Shown here piece by piece: positions 1 through 11,117 of a stretch of 64,000 nucleotides of DNA. The stretch spans positions 1,632,001 to 1,696,000 of the forward strand of contig OZ244650.1 of NCBI GenBank assembly GCA_965218785.1, given 5' to 3'. Position 1 is the stretch's first letter. The number at the start of each line of letters is the position of its first letter. Origin of the DNA: Nitrosopumilus sp. (lineage in GTDB: Archaea > Thermoproteota > Nitrososphaeria > Nitrososphaerales > Nitrosopumilaceae). The notes beneath the pieces were generated by a model. That model worked only from the letters and a program-made list of their open reading frames with translations. It was not told the DNA's origin and did no database searches. Position numbers and translations under genes: made by a program.

Positions 1-458
<458 letters not shown>

Positions 459-645
459 CCGTGTGTGTCTTATTTTACAGTAACTGATCCCATATGGGTA
501 ATAACATGCGTGATTTGATGTTGTGCAATGGTGATAAAAGCCCATTTAGGGTAATTCTCTACATTTGGAATTAGTCTGATACAGCCGATATATATCAAAG
601 TAATTTTTATAAATCGCATTTATCGTATCACTAGAGACAGGTAAA

Positions 646-1632
646 ATGAGTCAGGAAATAACAGAATTAACGAATCAGGCTGAAGGCTATTCTAATCTAC
701 TAGAAAACCTTCAAAAAGAGATCTCAAAAGTGATCGTGGGTCAAGACAAAATTATTGAGAAATTGATTATCACACTACTCTCTAGAGGACATGTTTTACT
801 TGAAGGGGTGCCCGGTTTGGCAAAGACGTTACTAGTTCAAACGATTTCTGATTGTATAAATTCCAGGTTTGTAAGGTTGCAATTTACACCTGATCTTCTA
901 CCTGCAGATATTTTGGGAACTAAAATTTATGATCACAACTCAACCTCGTTTAAAACAATAAAGGGTCCGATTTTTTCAAATTTCATACTTGCTGATGAAA
1001 TAAATCGCGCACCTCCAAAAGTTCAATCAGCACTACTTGAGGCCATGCAGGAAAACCAGGTCAGCATCCAGGGAGAGACATACCAGTTAGAAAAACCATT
1101 TTTTGTAATGGCCACGCAGAATCCGGTGGAATCTGAAGGTACCTACAAGCTGCCCGAAGCCCAAGTGGATCGTTTCATGTTTAAAATTCTAATCTCATAT
1201 CCAAGTATAGAGCAAGAATCGGAAATCATTCAAAGATTCACCGAGGGTATCTCACACAAGGCAACAAAGATTTTGTCCGATGAGCAAATATTAGAGATGC
1301 AGTCTTTTGTTCCCAAGATTTATGCGGATGAAAAGATCCGAAACTATATCACACAAATCGTTGATGCCACAAGATTTCCAGACAAATATGATCTTCAACT
1401 ATCTGATATGATTGAATACGGGGCATCCCCTAGGGCGTCAATATGGCTGACGATTTCTGCAAAAGCAAGCGCGCTTCTACAGGGAAGGGGATATGTAATT
1501 CCAAAGGATGTACAGGATGTAATCCACGATGTGTTGCGACACAGAATTACCCTGACGTATGATGCAGAATCCGAAGATATCACCACAGATGACATTATAC
1601 AGAAAATTATAGAAAAAATCACAGTACCATAA
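646..1632 (+). CDS. moxR: MoxR-family AAA+ ATPase
   Basis: Walker A GVPGLAKT, RLQFTPDLLPADILG, Walker B ILADEINRAPPKVQSALLEAMQE, NPVESEGTYKLPEAQVDRF. Confidence 0.95.
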   Translation: MSQEITELTNQAEGYSNLLENLQKEISKVIVGQDKIIEKLIITLLSRGHVLLEGVPGLAKTLLVQTISDCINSRFVRLQFTPDLLPADILGTKIYDHNSTSFKTIKGPIFSNFILADEINRAPPKVQSALLEAMQENQVSIQGETYQLEKPFFVMATQNPVESEGTYKLPEAQVDRFMFKILISYPSIEQESEIIQRFTEGISHKATKILSDEQILEMQSFVPKIYADEKIRNYITQIVDATRFPDKYDLQLSDMIEYGASPRASIWLTISAKASALLQGRGYVIPKDVQDVIHDVLRHRITLTYDAESEDITTDDIIQKIIEKITVP

Positions 1633-1660
1633 ACACAAAATACTTTCGGATGAGAAACTG

Positions 1661-2533
1661 TTGCAAATCAAAGAAATTTTAAAAAAAATCAAAAAAGTAG
1701 ATATTAAAACAAAACACCTGGTAGATGGAATCATTTCAGGAAATTACAATTCCATTTTCAAGGGACAGGGAATAGAATTTTCTGAAATCAGGGAGTATCG
1801 AGCCGGAGACGATATACGGACAATAGATTGGAATGTAACTGCCAGATTCAATCGCCCTTACATCAAGGAGTTTATCGAAGAAAGAGATCTGCAAGTCTAC
1901 TTTATTATTGACATATCAGGATCCGGAAGTTTTGGTACAGATATCTCAAAGAAGGAAAAATCACTAGAGATAACTGCCAGTCTCATGTTTGCCGCACTGA
2001 GAAACAATGACGGTGTGGGCATCTTTCTTACTACAGACAAGATAGAAAAATTCGTTCCTGCAAGAAAAGGAAGAAGGCATGTTCTGCAGTTGTTGAATAT
2101 TATTACCACATTTACGCCCAATTCAACAAAAACCAACCTGAAAAAATCCCTTGAACGTGTATCTAAGACCATTAAGAGAAAAAGCATTGTTTTTGTAATT
2201 TCAGATTTTATTGATCATAGTGATTATCTAAAACCTCTCAAACTATTACGAAGACACCATGATGTCATCGCTTTGAGAATCATGGATCCCAGAGAAAAGG
2301 AGATTCCAGATGTTGGAATGATAGAGCTCGAAGATGAAGAGACCGGTGAACAGATTCTTGTAGATACGTCAGATGAGGAGTTTCGAAATTCATATTCTAG
2401 ATTGATTGCTGAAAATGATTTACAGTTTCAAAATGGCATGATAAAAATCAGGGTTGGCGTAATTCCCCTACTGACAGGACAGGACTATTCAACATCGCTG
2501 AGAAAATTCTTCAAGAGGAGGACCAGTCAATAA
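1661..2533 (+). CDS. DUF58 family (VWA-related) protein
   Basis: GQGIEFSEIREYRAGDDIRTIDWNVTAR, DISGS and ISDF motifs; directly downstream of moxR. Confidence 0.92.
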   Translation: MQIKEILKKIKKVDIKTKHLVDGIISGNYNSIFKGQGIEFSEIREYRAGDDIRTIDWNVTARFNRPYIKEFIEERDLQVYFIIDISGSGSFGTDISKKEKSLEITASLMFAALRNNDGVGIFLTTDKIEKFVPARKGRRHVLQLLNIITTFTPNSTKTNLKKSLERVSKTIKRKSIVFVISDFIDHSDYLKPLKLLRRHHDVIALRIMDPREKEIPDVGMIELEDEETGEQILVDTSDEEFRNSYSRLIAENDLQFQNGMIKIRVGVIPLLTGQDYSTSLRKFFKRRTSQ

Positions 2534-3483
2534 TGGCCGGCTTTGATAACCAGTTTATTCTGGTTTTTCTTTTATTCATACCTGTATTGTTTTATCTATA
2601 CAACAAGGTCCTGACAAAAAAGAAAAAGGCGGCAATAAAATTCAGTAATTTATCATATATCAAATCCGCACTAGGAAACAAAAAGAAAACCAGAAGGGAT
2701 TCCATGCTGTTTTACGTATCCATTGCAGTCATTACATTAATGGTTATCGGGTTTGCAGATCCGCATATTCCATTAGAGCAGACCAAGGAAGGTGTCAACG
2801 TGATTCTAGTACTTGATGTTTCTGGAAGTATGCTGGCAGCGGATTATCCACCCAACAGATTGGAATCTGCAAAAAAATCCGCAGAGATATTACTGGATTC
2901 CCTTCAACAAAAAGACAATGCAGGCATTGTAATTTTTGAAACAGGCGCCACTACTGCTGCATATCTTAGTCCATACAAAGACAAGGTAATAGACAAACTC
3001 AGATTAATTCTACCAAGAGAGGGAAAGACTGCCATCGGGGACGGATTAAGTCTTGGAATTGATATGGCCACATCTGTACCCAATAAACAAAAAGTGGTCA
3101 TTCTTCTCAGTGACGGAGTTAACAATGCAGGCGTGATTACTCCTGCCGAGGCAGTCGCATTTGCCAAATCTAATGAGATCCAAGTATACACCATAGGACT
3201 GGGCTCAGAAGATAGGGTGATACTGGGATATGACCTTTTTGGAAGGATTCAATATGCAGAGCTAGACGAGGCAACCCTCAAAGCAATCGCTGAAAATACC
3301 GGCGGCAAGTATTTCAAATCAATAGATTCTACGACCCTGGATGATATCTACAAAAACATCAGCCAGGACATCAAACGGGAACAGGAGGATACCAGTATCA
3401 AGGACTGGTTCTTTGCTGCATCACTTGGTTTGTTCTTTGTTCAAATCTACATGAGATATGGAAAGGGACGTATTATACAATGA
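2533..3483 (+). CDS. BatA-like membrane-anchored VWA domain protein
   Basis: N-terminal double hydrophobic segment, MIDAS DVSGSM, TAIGDGL, LLSDGVNNAG, C-terminal TM; overlaps the DUF58 stop (TAATG). Confidence 0.9.
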   Translation: MAGFDNQFILVFLLFIPVLFYLYNKVLTKKKKAAIKFSNLSYIKSALGNKKKTRRDSMLFYVSIAVITLMVIGFADPHIPLEQTKEGVNVILVLDVSGSMLAADYPPNRLESAKKSAEILLDSLQQKDNAGIVIFETGATTAAYLSPYKDKVIDKLRLILPREGKTAIGDGLSLGIDMATSVPNKQKVVILLSDGVNNAGVITPAEAVAFAKSNEIQVYTIGLGSEDRVILGYDLFGRIQYAELDEATLKAIAENTGGKYFKSIDSTTLDDIYKNISQDIKREQEDTSIKDWFFAASLGLFFVQIYMRYGKGRIIQ

Positions 3484-5024
3484 ATAAATTATGCTGGTTT
3501 TTCCTGTTACTTTTAACTCCGCTCCCGGCCGTATTTGCAGAGGACATTGTGATGTACGTTGATCAGTCTGAATATTATTTCAGGATGGGGGAAAACGCCG
3601 TAATCCCCCTAGAAATTCAAAACAGTCATGGACGTCAGATATCAGGGATGTTGCAGTATGCAACTACACAGCAGATTGAACAGACAAATACGCAATATTC
3701 AATCTCCAATTCCCAATCAACTACACTAGCTATTAATGATGGAATACAGACAATCTCGCTGGATTTTGGAACCAGCAATTCACCGTCCACCATCATAGCA
3801 GACCTGAGTTTTATCTACAACAACGGTACCCAGATCAACGTATTTTTGGATCCCGTCACAATTCATTTTGTTGCAGATGACTCTCAAAAAAACAACACGC
3901 AAAACAGAATGCAGAGCTCATCTGAACAGGGGGCAGCATCATCTGCCCAGAACAACCCCTCAAATCCACAGCAATCTTTGCAGCAAAGCCTGGATGACCT
4001 GATAAATCAACAGTCTCCCCCGACACAAGACCCCCAACAAAGGCTGCAAAATAATCAATTAAATCAAGACAGTAATGCACTGAAAAAAGAGATCCAAGAG
4101 CAGTTACAAGAAGAAAACAACCTCAAAAAGGCATTTGAAAGTGAGCTTGCATCAAATGAAGATTTTCAAGAATCCCACCAGCAGTTATTACAGCAAGGAT
4201 ACGACGTAACTGACGGGGATTTTAATCCAAGTTCCCCAGAAACAGGGGATTTTGAAGTAAATTATCAAAATGAGCAGGGAGAATGGGGCAAAATTCAGGG
4301 AAGCATGGAAGATGGGGTCATAACTGAGATGCAAACGCAGACTCAGGAAGAGACAGAGGATTTGTTAGAGCAGCTCAGAGCAGATCCAAGGTTTCAGCAA
4401 TATGATGAAGAGCTGGGAATTGATAGTTTTTTTGAACAAAACATAGAATTTATGCAGGATGCCAACAAAACAACAATTCAGGTACAATACAATAATGAAA
4501 ATAATCAAACCGCAACTATCTTTGGGGAATTTGAATCTGAGATCATTGAAAATGTATTTCTAGAAAAACCAGATGACGGCATTTCCAATTGGATTTTTCT
4601 AGTCCTTGTCTTGTTTGCTGCAATAGCATCCTATGTTGTGTACAGGCTCTATAAACGCAGCAAAAAAGAGCCCGTTCTAGTTTCTGCCCCCAAGACGGTA
4701 CCACAGCCGTATGACAATGCCCTGGCAGTGGAAAAATTAATCAGGGAGGGAAAGGAAAATTTTGAGAATGGTAATTACAAGGATGCATATGGAAAAATCA
4801 ATCAGGCATTAAGGTTATTTCTAAGTCACGAGTTACACCTCAAAAAAGAGATTACAAATGAGAATATCTTGCAGCACGTCCCAAAAGAGTCTTACATAAT
4901 TTCAGATATCAAAGAATGTTTTAGAATTGCAAGCTTGGTTGAATTTGCAAAGTATGCGCCAAATCAGGATGATTTTTCCAGGATGGTTTTAATTACTGAA
5001 GATATTGTCTATAAAAAATCCTGA
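3480..5024 (+). CDS. Secreted/membrane-anchored protein with Gln-rich linker; fourth gene of the Bat-like operon
   Basis: Signal peptide, Q/N-rich linker, TM segment (WIFLVLVLFAAIASYVVY), C-terminal ...LVEFAKYAP as in DUF4381/BatD-type tails; ATGA overlap with the VWA gene. Confidence 0.7.
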   Translation: MNKLCWFFLLLLTPLPAVFAEDIVMYVDQSEYYFRMGENAVIPLEIQNSHGRQISGMLQYATTQQIEQTNTQYSISNSQSTTLAINDGIQTISLDFGTSNSPSTIIADLSFIYNNGTQINVFLDPVTIHFVADDSQKNNTQNRMQSSSEQGAASSAQNNPSNPQQSLQQSLDDLINQQSPPTQDPQQRLQNNQLNQDSNALKKEIQEQLQEENNLKKAFESELASNEDFQESHQQLLQQGYDVTDGDFNPSSPETGDFEVNYQNEQGEWGKIQGSMEDGVITEMQTQTQEETEDLLEQLRADPRFQQYDEELGIDSFFEQNIEFMQDANKTTIQVQYNNENNQTATIFGEFESEIIENVFLEKPDDGISNWIFLVLVLFAAIASYVVYRLYKRSKKEPVLVSAPKTVPQPYDNALAVEKLIREGKENFENGNYKDAYGKINQALRLFLSHELHLKKEITNENILQHVPKESYIISDIKECFRIASLVEFAKYAPNQDDFSRMVLITEDIVYKKS

Positions 5025-5127
5025 CAAGTACTGGCCGAGTCTTCATCCAAGAAGACAGTTGACACACCAAACCCACCATCAGATTTCAAAACAACAGATT
5101 AAATTATAACATGGCACCGCGTATATC

Positions 5128-5469
5128 ATGAAAGATATGAGACTCTTAACCGGATTAGGCATTATTACATCTATCAGCTTTGTAATATTTTTATTGGCTA
5201 GTCTAAATAATTATCCGCCGATATTTTACAGTACAATTATAGCAATATCATTAATGACTGCATTTTCTGCACTTACTACGGCAATAGCAAGCCGGGTGAT
5301 TTTCAAAAAAAACAAGCCGTACCATATAATGAATTCAGCAATGATATCTTTTATGATTAGCCTGCCACTATCCGTAATACTAGGTCCGCTTGGCGCAATT
5401 GCAATAGCTTCTACCATAGGTACAAGTTTTTCATTTATTATGAAAAAATACCGATATGCTGATGCGTAA
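5128..5469 (+). CDS. Small multi-pass membrane protein, unknown function
   Basis: 113-aa ORF with about four hydrophobic segments; TATA-like TTATAA ~25 nt upstream. Confidence 0.6.
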   Translation: MKDMRLLTGLGIITSISFVIFLLASLNNYPPIFYSTIIAISLMTAFSALTTAIASRVIFKKNKPYHIMNSAMISFMISLPLSVILGPLGAIAIASTIGTSFSFIMKKYRYADA

Positions 5470-5487
5470 ATGTTGTTTCCAACATGT

Positions 5488-5509
5488 ATGCCGGTGATTT
5501 TACCGGCAT
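5488..5509. terminator. Short hairpin ATGCCGGTGA-TT-TTACCGGCAT followed by T-rich sequence
   Basis: Inverted repeat immediately after the 5128-5469 stop. Confidence 0.35.
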
Positions 5510-5850
5510 TGATTTTCTCAATTTCTTTTTATACAATAATGGTTATTTCATATTTGTCGCCTCTGTTTTATCAACTGGTGTCATTTCATTAGGATGTGGT
5601 TGGTTTGAGGATGCGATTATTAGGATCTTTTTTAACTTGACATAGTTAATCTTTGAAATTTGTTAATTATATCCTGTTGCCAGTCCCCCACTTTAAGATC
5701 ATAATCGTACGTCCCGGTCACGACTCGTATACTGCCATCAGGGATCTCAATGCCATGTCATAGGTTCTTTTCATGTGTGTGTAAGTACAATTCAGATTGT
5801 TTTGATCTGGAAAAATTGTATGTGTAATTGAATTAAAGTCCCGCCAGAAT

Positions 5851-7849
5851 TTAACGCGTTTGATCCTTTTCTAGCAGATACAGCGCCTTTGCGGCCTCGC
5901 TTTGCATCTTTTGTATTATCTCGGGATCATTTAACTTGTCAATTCTGGCGTTGTACTGGTAGGAAAATGCCGGATCCGGCGTGCTCTGTATGCTGCTGCT
6001 ATCCCACACCAGCACTGCACGCTCTGCCTCGTATCGTACTAGCTCATCAAAGTTGTTGTTGATTCTAGTCATGACAGACATTGTAGAATCTTTTGGTTCC
6101 ACATATGGCGTGCGTGTTAATTGTAACCAGGTATCATGATCGTTTTGGGTCCAAGTGTTGCCGTTGTTGTCAGTCCAGATGTCTTTTACCTTGTCTGTTC
6201 TTACCAGATCCAGCACCTGAACATTGCTGCCCTCTATCTTTTTACCGGTATGGAATGTGTATTCCGGCGGGGCATTTAGCGATTTTCCGACTATGGCCAG
6301 TCCCTCATTAAGATAGTTTGTAGAGGAGAGTCTCTTGGTATCAACTACTTCAATTACAAATGGTTCTGAATAAAACACGTCACGGAACATTACATCATTA
6401 ATGTGAACTACAAGACAGTCCTTTTCAATACCCTCTATACAGGACTCTGTACTAAGTGATATGTTTGATTCATCCACGACATCAATTACATTCTCTAGGT
6501 TGTTTTGCGTATCTACTGATTCTATTGCATATCCCGTATCAGATTTAGAGTCCTGGTGATAATTCTACTACGATTAGTGCCTCAGCAGTGTTTATCGATG
6601 CTCCCACCTCCTCTACGCCGAATCCCAGCTGGAGCATCTGTAATGGGTAGTTGCTGTATGGTTTTAACGTAAAGTCATGTGTTGTACCTGCCTGTATCGT
6701 CTGTCTCTGGTATTCCGTGTGGTACTCCATCACATCACGGCATGTGCCGTCCATGCTGAATCCACAGGAGACTAGCTGGTTTTGTTTCAGTGGGGACTTG
6801 CCAAAGTGTGGTCTTGACTGATCAATGTTGCCGCTGTCACCGCCGCCACCGGCACTTCGTGGAGCTATTGGTCCTAGTCCACGCGTGTGAGGTCTTTCAC
6901 AAAACTCGTTGCCAATTGTCACAGACTATCCATCAGGCGTGCCATCAAACACCACTACAGTCTCTGGTATACCGGAACAGCTTGTAGACAGGGCTCCAAT
7001 TGCGTTTCCACTATGATCACCGTCTTCATGATATGTGATTGTGCCATTAAAGAGGGATGTTAATGGTGCTCCCATAAAATCAGGAGCAGGACGTGCTCCA
7101 TTGTCCTCTAATAATTGTGCAGTTAATACTATGCTAGCTCCATCTGCAGGATACATTATGTTGATGTTGTCTATAGATTCCTGATCTATGCTCCATCCGT
7201 CTGGCGGAGTATATGCGGGTACATCATCATATATAGGCGTACCGCCCATATTTACAGCTCCCCTATTAGAAGATTCATAACGTGGATTATCTTCCAAGCC
7301 CTCTGGTGCAATACATCGTTTCTGTGTAATGTTCTCATCAGCATCATTTACTTCGGTGATGACCCTCACGTATGGGAGAAATAAGAAATCCAGAGACTGG
7401 CTACGACCAGGACCTGCATTCGTGGCACTCCCACCATTTAGTGAAATGTTAGGCGGACTATCACAGTCCCATGATAAATAACTGGAAGCACCGATTATGT
7501 TTACTGCATGATTATTAATGGTAAATCCAGGATCGAGAGTAATTGTGGCATTTTGCACAAAATTGACAGTAAGGCTAGATATATTGTGTAGACGAATCTC
7601 TGCACGGATATATGGTATATCATATGAATCGTGTCTAACTCCTCCAAACGCATCTATATTCGTGCGTTCGATCCTAGGTAATTCAAGGAATCTATCATTT
7701 TGATTAGGAGCATATGGTGTACTTGTAACATCATCATCAGCGTCTGGTCCGAATATGTATTGAGTATCTACCTGCGCATATGCCACAGGTACTAATACAG
7801 ATAACATAACAAGGCATGCTGCCATTGCGATAAGGGTATATTGTAACAT
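5851..7849 (-). pseudogene. Interrupted large secreted/surface protein split over three ORFs
   Basis: Signal peptide at 7849. An in-frame TAG at 6926-6928 continues as SVTIGNEFC. A frameshift near 6555 joins ...VELS to QDSKSDTGYAIES... in the 5851-6477 frame. Contains a GGGGD linker and Cys pairs. Confidence 0.8.
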
Positions 7850-8843
7850 TGTATGTTTTGTTCCAATCCACCCCTCCTTATAAGCATTAATGGTTTGTGC
7901 GTATTTAACTCAACTCTGAAAAAACTAACACATAAACAGATTTTCAGATGATCGAATCTAAAAGCAAGATACCATATAAACAGTCAAGTCGATCCTGTAT
8001 CTCAGGCGGTTTTTCTGTCGTATTTAGCTCCACCCCTCCCTCCCTCCTTCTCTGCCATATCAGAATAACATCACCAGTATCCCAACATGCCCCCACCCTC
8101 GTTCCACCGGCAGTCATAGCCGTTGCGCACATTTATTGGAATTATCAACGGTGGCACATACTGCCAAATTGTTGGTATGCTCTTCCGTGATTCAGTAAAA
8201 TGTGAACGGATTCAGTATTGCATAGTTTGTCTGCAGATCTGCGCCCGTATCCCCGTACACTTCCACTGCTGCGTAAGCTCCGGCAGATGCATGTGCTGCA
8301 AGACCATTTGATTCTGATGCTGTCACTTGGAATCATGATACAAAAACGCATCTCATGTAGAACATGTGCGTCTGCAGGCAGTAATATGTCGTTCTGCCTT
8401 GCGCATATGTGCGACTAGCAGCAGCGTTGCTGCCGTATCTTAAACTATTGTATCTGGAATATACATCCACCATTTAGAACAGCAATACGGAAAATATACG
8501 TCGATTGCCGCCTCTCTGTTTGAAAAAAAGATTAGCACGACACCCGGCGATTCTACCGTAATACATTTTGGAACGCATTCAATGTCCGTTGTCTGTTATA
8601 TGGCGGGTTTATCCTCAGTTTGTACTGTTACATCTGGTATATCTTCCGGTATGAATGAGCGTGTCCCCTCTTGTGGATACCTGTCCTGTCCTTCTTCCGG
8701 GTCTGCCTTGTTTTGGACCGCTCTGATTTGCAGTTTAACATATTTTTGTATGTGGTGGTAGTGGGAGGATTAAATGGTAAGAAGGCATCTGTCTCACATC
8801 CAAGCTTCGTCCTTTAGAAATTGAAATTGTTAATGACGCAGGA

Positions 8844-9788
8844 TTATTCAGTTTCTTGCACGGTCTCTTCCTGTACTATGATCGTGCCCTGCATCCATGT
8901 ATGAAGCAGGCAATAGTAGGGAACATTACCGACAGTGTCTGGAACCCATTCAAATGAATCCCCGGACAGCAGGATGTCTGAATCAAATATGTAGCTTGGC
9001 AAAGTGACAAATCCATCAACAGTTCCGGATGTAAACGTATGGACGCCGGTAGTATCAGTGTTTGTCATTACTACCTTTGCACCGACACCAACAGTTGTAG
9101 TATCTGGGGTAAAACAGCCATCTGTCACACAGTCCATACCAAAACCGGATTGTTCTACTGTTCCAATCACTACCGCATTATCTGAAATAGTAGTGGGCGA
9201 TTTCTCTTCATCAAAATCCGGTGCTATACCCACACATTCGCCTTTATAATCCAATTTAACATCAGCGGCATCCAACATGCACATATTTCCATAAATATCA
9301 CCATCAACACCGCAAACCGGCGCATATTCCAAAGTACAGATAGCCGGATCGAGTTCAGGATTGACTGTCATCGTAGTTACTATCCCCCTTGGTTCAGATA
9401 TGCCATCGCCATGGCCCAGACCCTGTAACGTAACCTGAATTTCAATCGGGGATTCATTTAACATTGCAGTTTCATGAATTGGGTGCATGCCAGTATGTCT
9501 ATGAGAACCAGGCTCTGAGAGAATCGTGTTTCCATCCTGCGTGAAAGATATGTCATAATTTACATGATCAACGATTTTTTTACCATCATCTCTGAATTCA
9601 ACTTCAACAATCAGTACATCGCCTGCAGTCTTGGATAAAATATGGGAATTGACAGAAATTTCTTCTTTAGCAAGAACCGGTCTTGGTTCTATGACATCGG
9701 CAGGATCGACTGCAATCAATCCCAAAGATATTGCAACAAGAATGCCAACTGCAACTATAATTCCATAGGAAAAATTCATCTCATCCAC
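8844..9788 (-). CDS. Membrane-anchored Kazal-domain + cupredoxin (blue copper) protein
   Basis: Kazal CTLEYAPVCGVDGDIYGNMC...GEC; type-1 Cu ligands HTFTSG...YCLLHTWM; N-terminal TM. Confidence 0.88.
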   Translation of the reverse strand: MDEMNFSYGIIVAVGILVAISLGLIAVDPADVIEPRPVLAKEEISVNSHILSKTAGDVLIVEVEFRDDGKKIVDHVNYDISFTQDGNTILSEPGSHRHTGMHPIHETAMLNESPIEIQVTLQGLGHGDGISEPRGIVTTMTVNPELDPAICTLEYAPVCGVDGDIYGNMCMLDAADVKLDYKGECVGIAPDFDEEKSPTTISDNAVVIGTVEQSGFGMDCVTDGCFTPDTTTVGVGAKVVMTNTDTTGVHTFTSGTVDGFVTLPSYIFDSDILLSGDSFEWVPDTVGNVPYYCLLHTWMQGTIIVQEETVQETE

Positions 9789-10269
9789 CTGTCAGCTTTG
9801 CAAACTTTTCGTTCTTACTTAGTTTTTCCATGAACTGGATGTTAGAGAGGGCAACTATTGCTGATTCAACTACCGGTTTATCAGGATCGTTTAGTGCCTT
9901 TTCTAGAGCCTCCTTTGCCTCTTTTGAACCTACGACACCCAGGGCAATTGCAGCTTCATGTCGTACAAACATACTGGGATCATAAAGTGTCGCATCTGCC
10001 AAAGGAGATATTGTACTAGAATAGCACATCTGACCTAGTGAGAATGCAGCCTCATGTCGTACTAGTTCGTTTTCATCATTTTTCAAAACTTTAGCAATAT
10101 GGGGAACCTTGTCTTCTCCGCCAAAATCTACCAGAATACACGTGCTCCTTGTTCGGATCACATAATCAGGATGTTCCAAAAGAGATACAAAATAATCGGT
10201 ATCCTTCTGCTCGTATTTTGCCTCCATTTCAGCAAAAAGTAATAATCTATCCTCAGTTACAGCCTGCAA
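9781..10269 (-). CDS. HEAT/PBS-lyase repeat protein (DOHH-like repeats)
   Basis: Repeats VRHEAAFSLG and VRHEAAIALG. Confidence 0.88.
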   Translation of the reverse strand: MQAVTEDRLLLFAEMEAKYEQKDTDYFVSLLEHPDYVIRTRSTCILVDFGGEDKVPHIAKVLKNDENELVRHEAAFSLGQMCYSSTISPLADATLYDPSMFVRHEAAIALGVVGSKEAKEALEKALNDPDKPVVESAIVALSNIQFMEKLSKNEKFAKLTGG

Positions 10270-10372
10270 TTTGTTTTGGAGTTTCCTGTGTCCTATATTA
10301 GGTTACTCTAGATGGATTTTAAAATCAGTGTAGTTATGTATTTAATGGAAAAAATATGATCATTTACTGGGT

Positions 10373-11035
10373 ATGATGGTAGTAGGCAAAAAAGCACCGA
10401 ATCTGGGAGTCTCAGAATGGGTGCAGGGAGCTCCAACTAATTTTGATCAAGAAAAGGATCATGTTGTTTTAGTGGATGTCTTTCAGGTCAACTGTCCGGG
10501 CTGTTTTATGCATGCAATTCCTGAGGCAATCAACATATACAACAAATACAAAGATGAAGGGGTGCGGGTTTTAGGTATTGCAACTGCCTTTGAGGATTTT
10601 GATAAAAACACACTAGAGAATTTGAAGATGCTTGTAGAAACAGGGGAGGTGATTGGAGAGACCAAAAATTTGCTATCAACACATGGACAGCTGCAGGAGG
10701 GAAGCAGGCTGCCATACAAAATTCCATTTCCAATAGGAATGGACAATCTGACAAAAATTACAGAAGAGATCAATCAGGAAAAAATTATGCAGTTTATCTA
10801 TCCACAAATTCCGGAATTTGACACCCAGCCAGAAGATTACAAAAATCAAATTATTCAAAAAGTCAGGGACTATATGAGATCAAAAGAGTATACGGCTGAA
10901 ACATTTGAAAAATTTTCCCTAAGGGGCACGCCATCTACCATTTTGGTGGACAGAAAGGGAATTCTCAGGGATGTTTCATTTGGACAGTCAGGACAAGTTG
11001 AAGCCATGATTCAAAAATTACTCAAAGAAGACTGA
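10373..11035 (+). CDS. Thioredoxin-fold redoxin (TlpA/AhpC-TSA family)
   Basis: FQVNCPGC motif and GTPSTILVDRKG cis-Pro loop. Confidence 0.85.
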   Translation: MMVVGKKAPNLGVSEWVQGAPTNFDQEKDHVVLVDVFQVNCPGCFMHAIPEAINIYNKYKDEGVRVLGIATAFEDFDKNTLENLKMLVETGEVIGETKNLLSTHGQLQEGSRLPYKIPFPIGMDNLTKITEEINQEKIMQFIYPQIPEFDTQPEDYKNQIIQKVRDYMRSKEYTAETFEKFSLRGTPSTILVDRKGILRDVSFGQSGQVEAMIQKLLKED

Positions 11036-11036
11036 A

Positions 11037-11117
11037 TCAGCGTATCAAGATAACAGCAATTGATAGGACGACGACAATAACAAATCCTCCAATTAACGCA
11101 ATTTTTGGATTATCCAT
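11037..11117 (-). CDS. 26-aa single-TM microprotein MDNPKIALIGGFVIVVVLSIAVILIR (not in ORF track)
   Basis: The ATG overlaps the stop of the upstream gene (ATGGATAA) and the ORF fills the gap; one clean hydrophobic helix. Confidence 0.55.
   Translation of the reverse strand: MDNPKIALIGGFVIVVVLSIAVILIR

Noticed and set aside
6926-6928. Pyrrolysine-type readthrough of the in-frame TAG
   Set aside because: The same gene also has a frameshift and no pyl genes are visible; decay is the simpler explanation.
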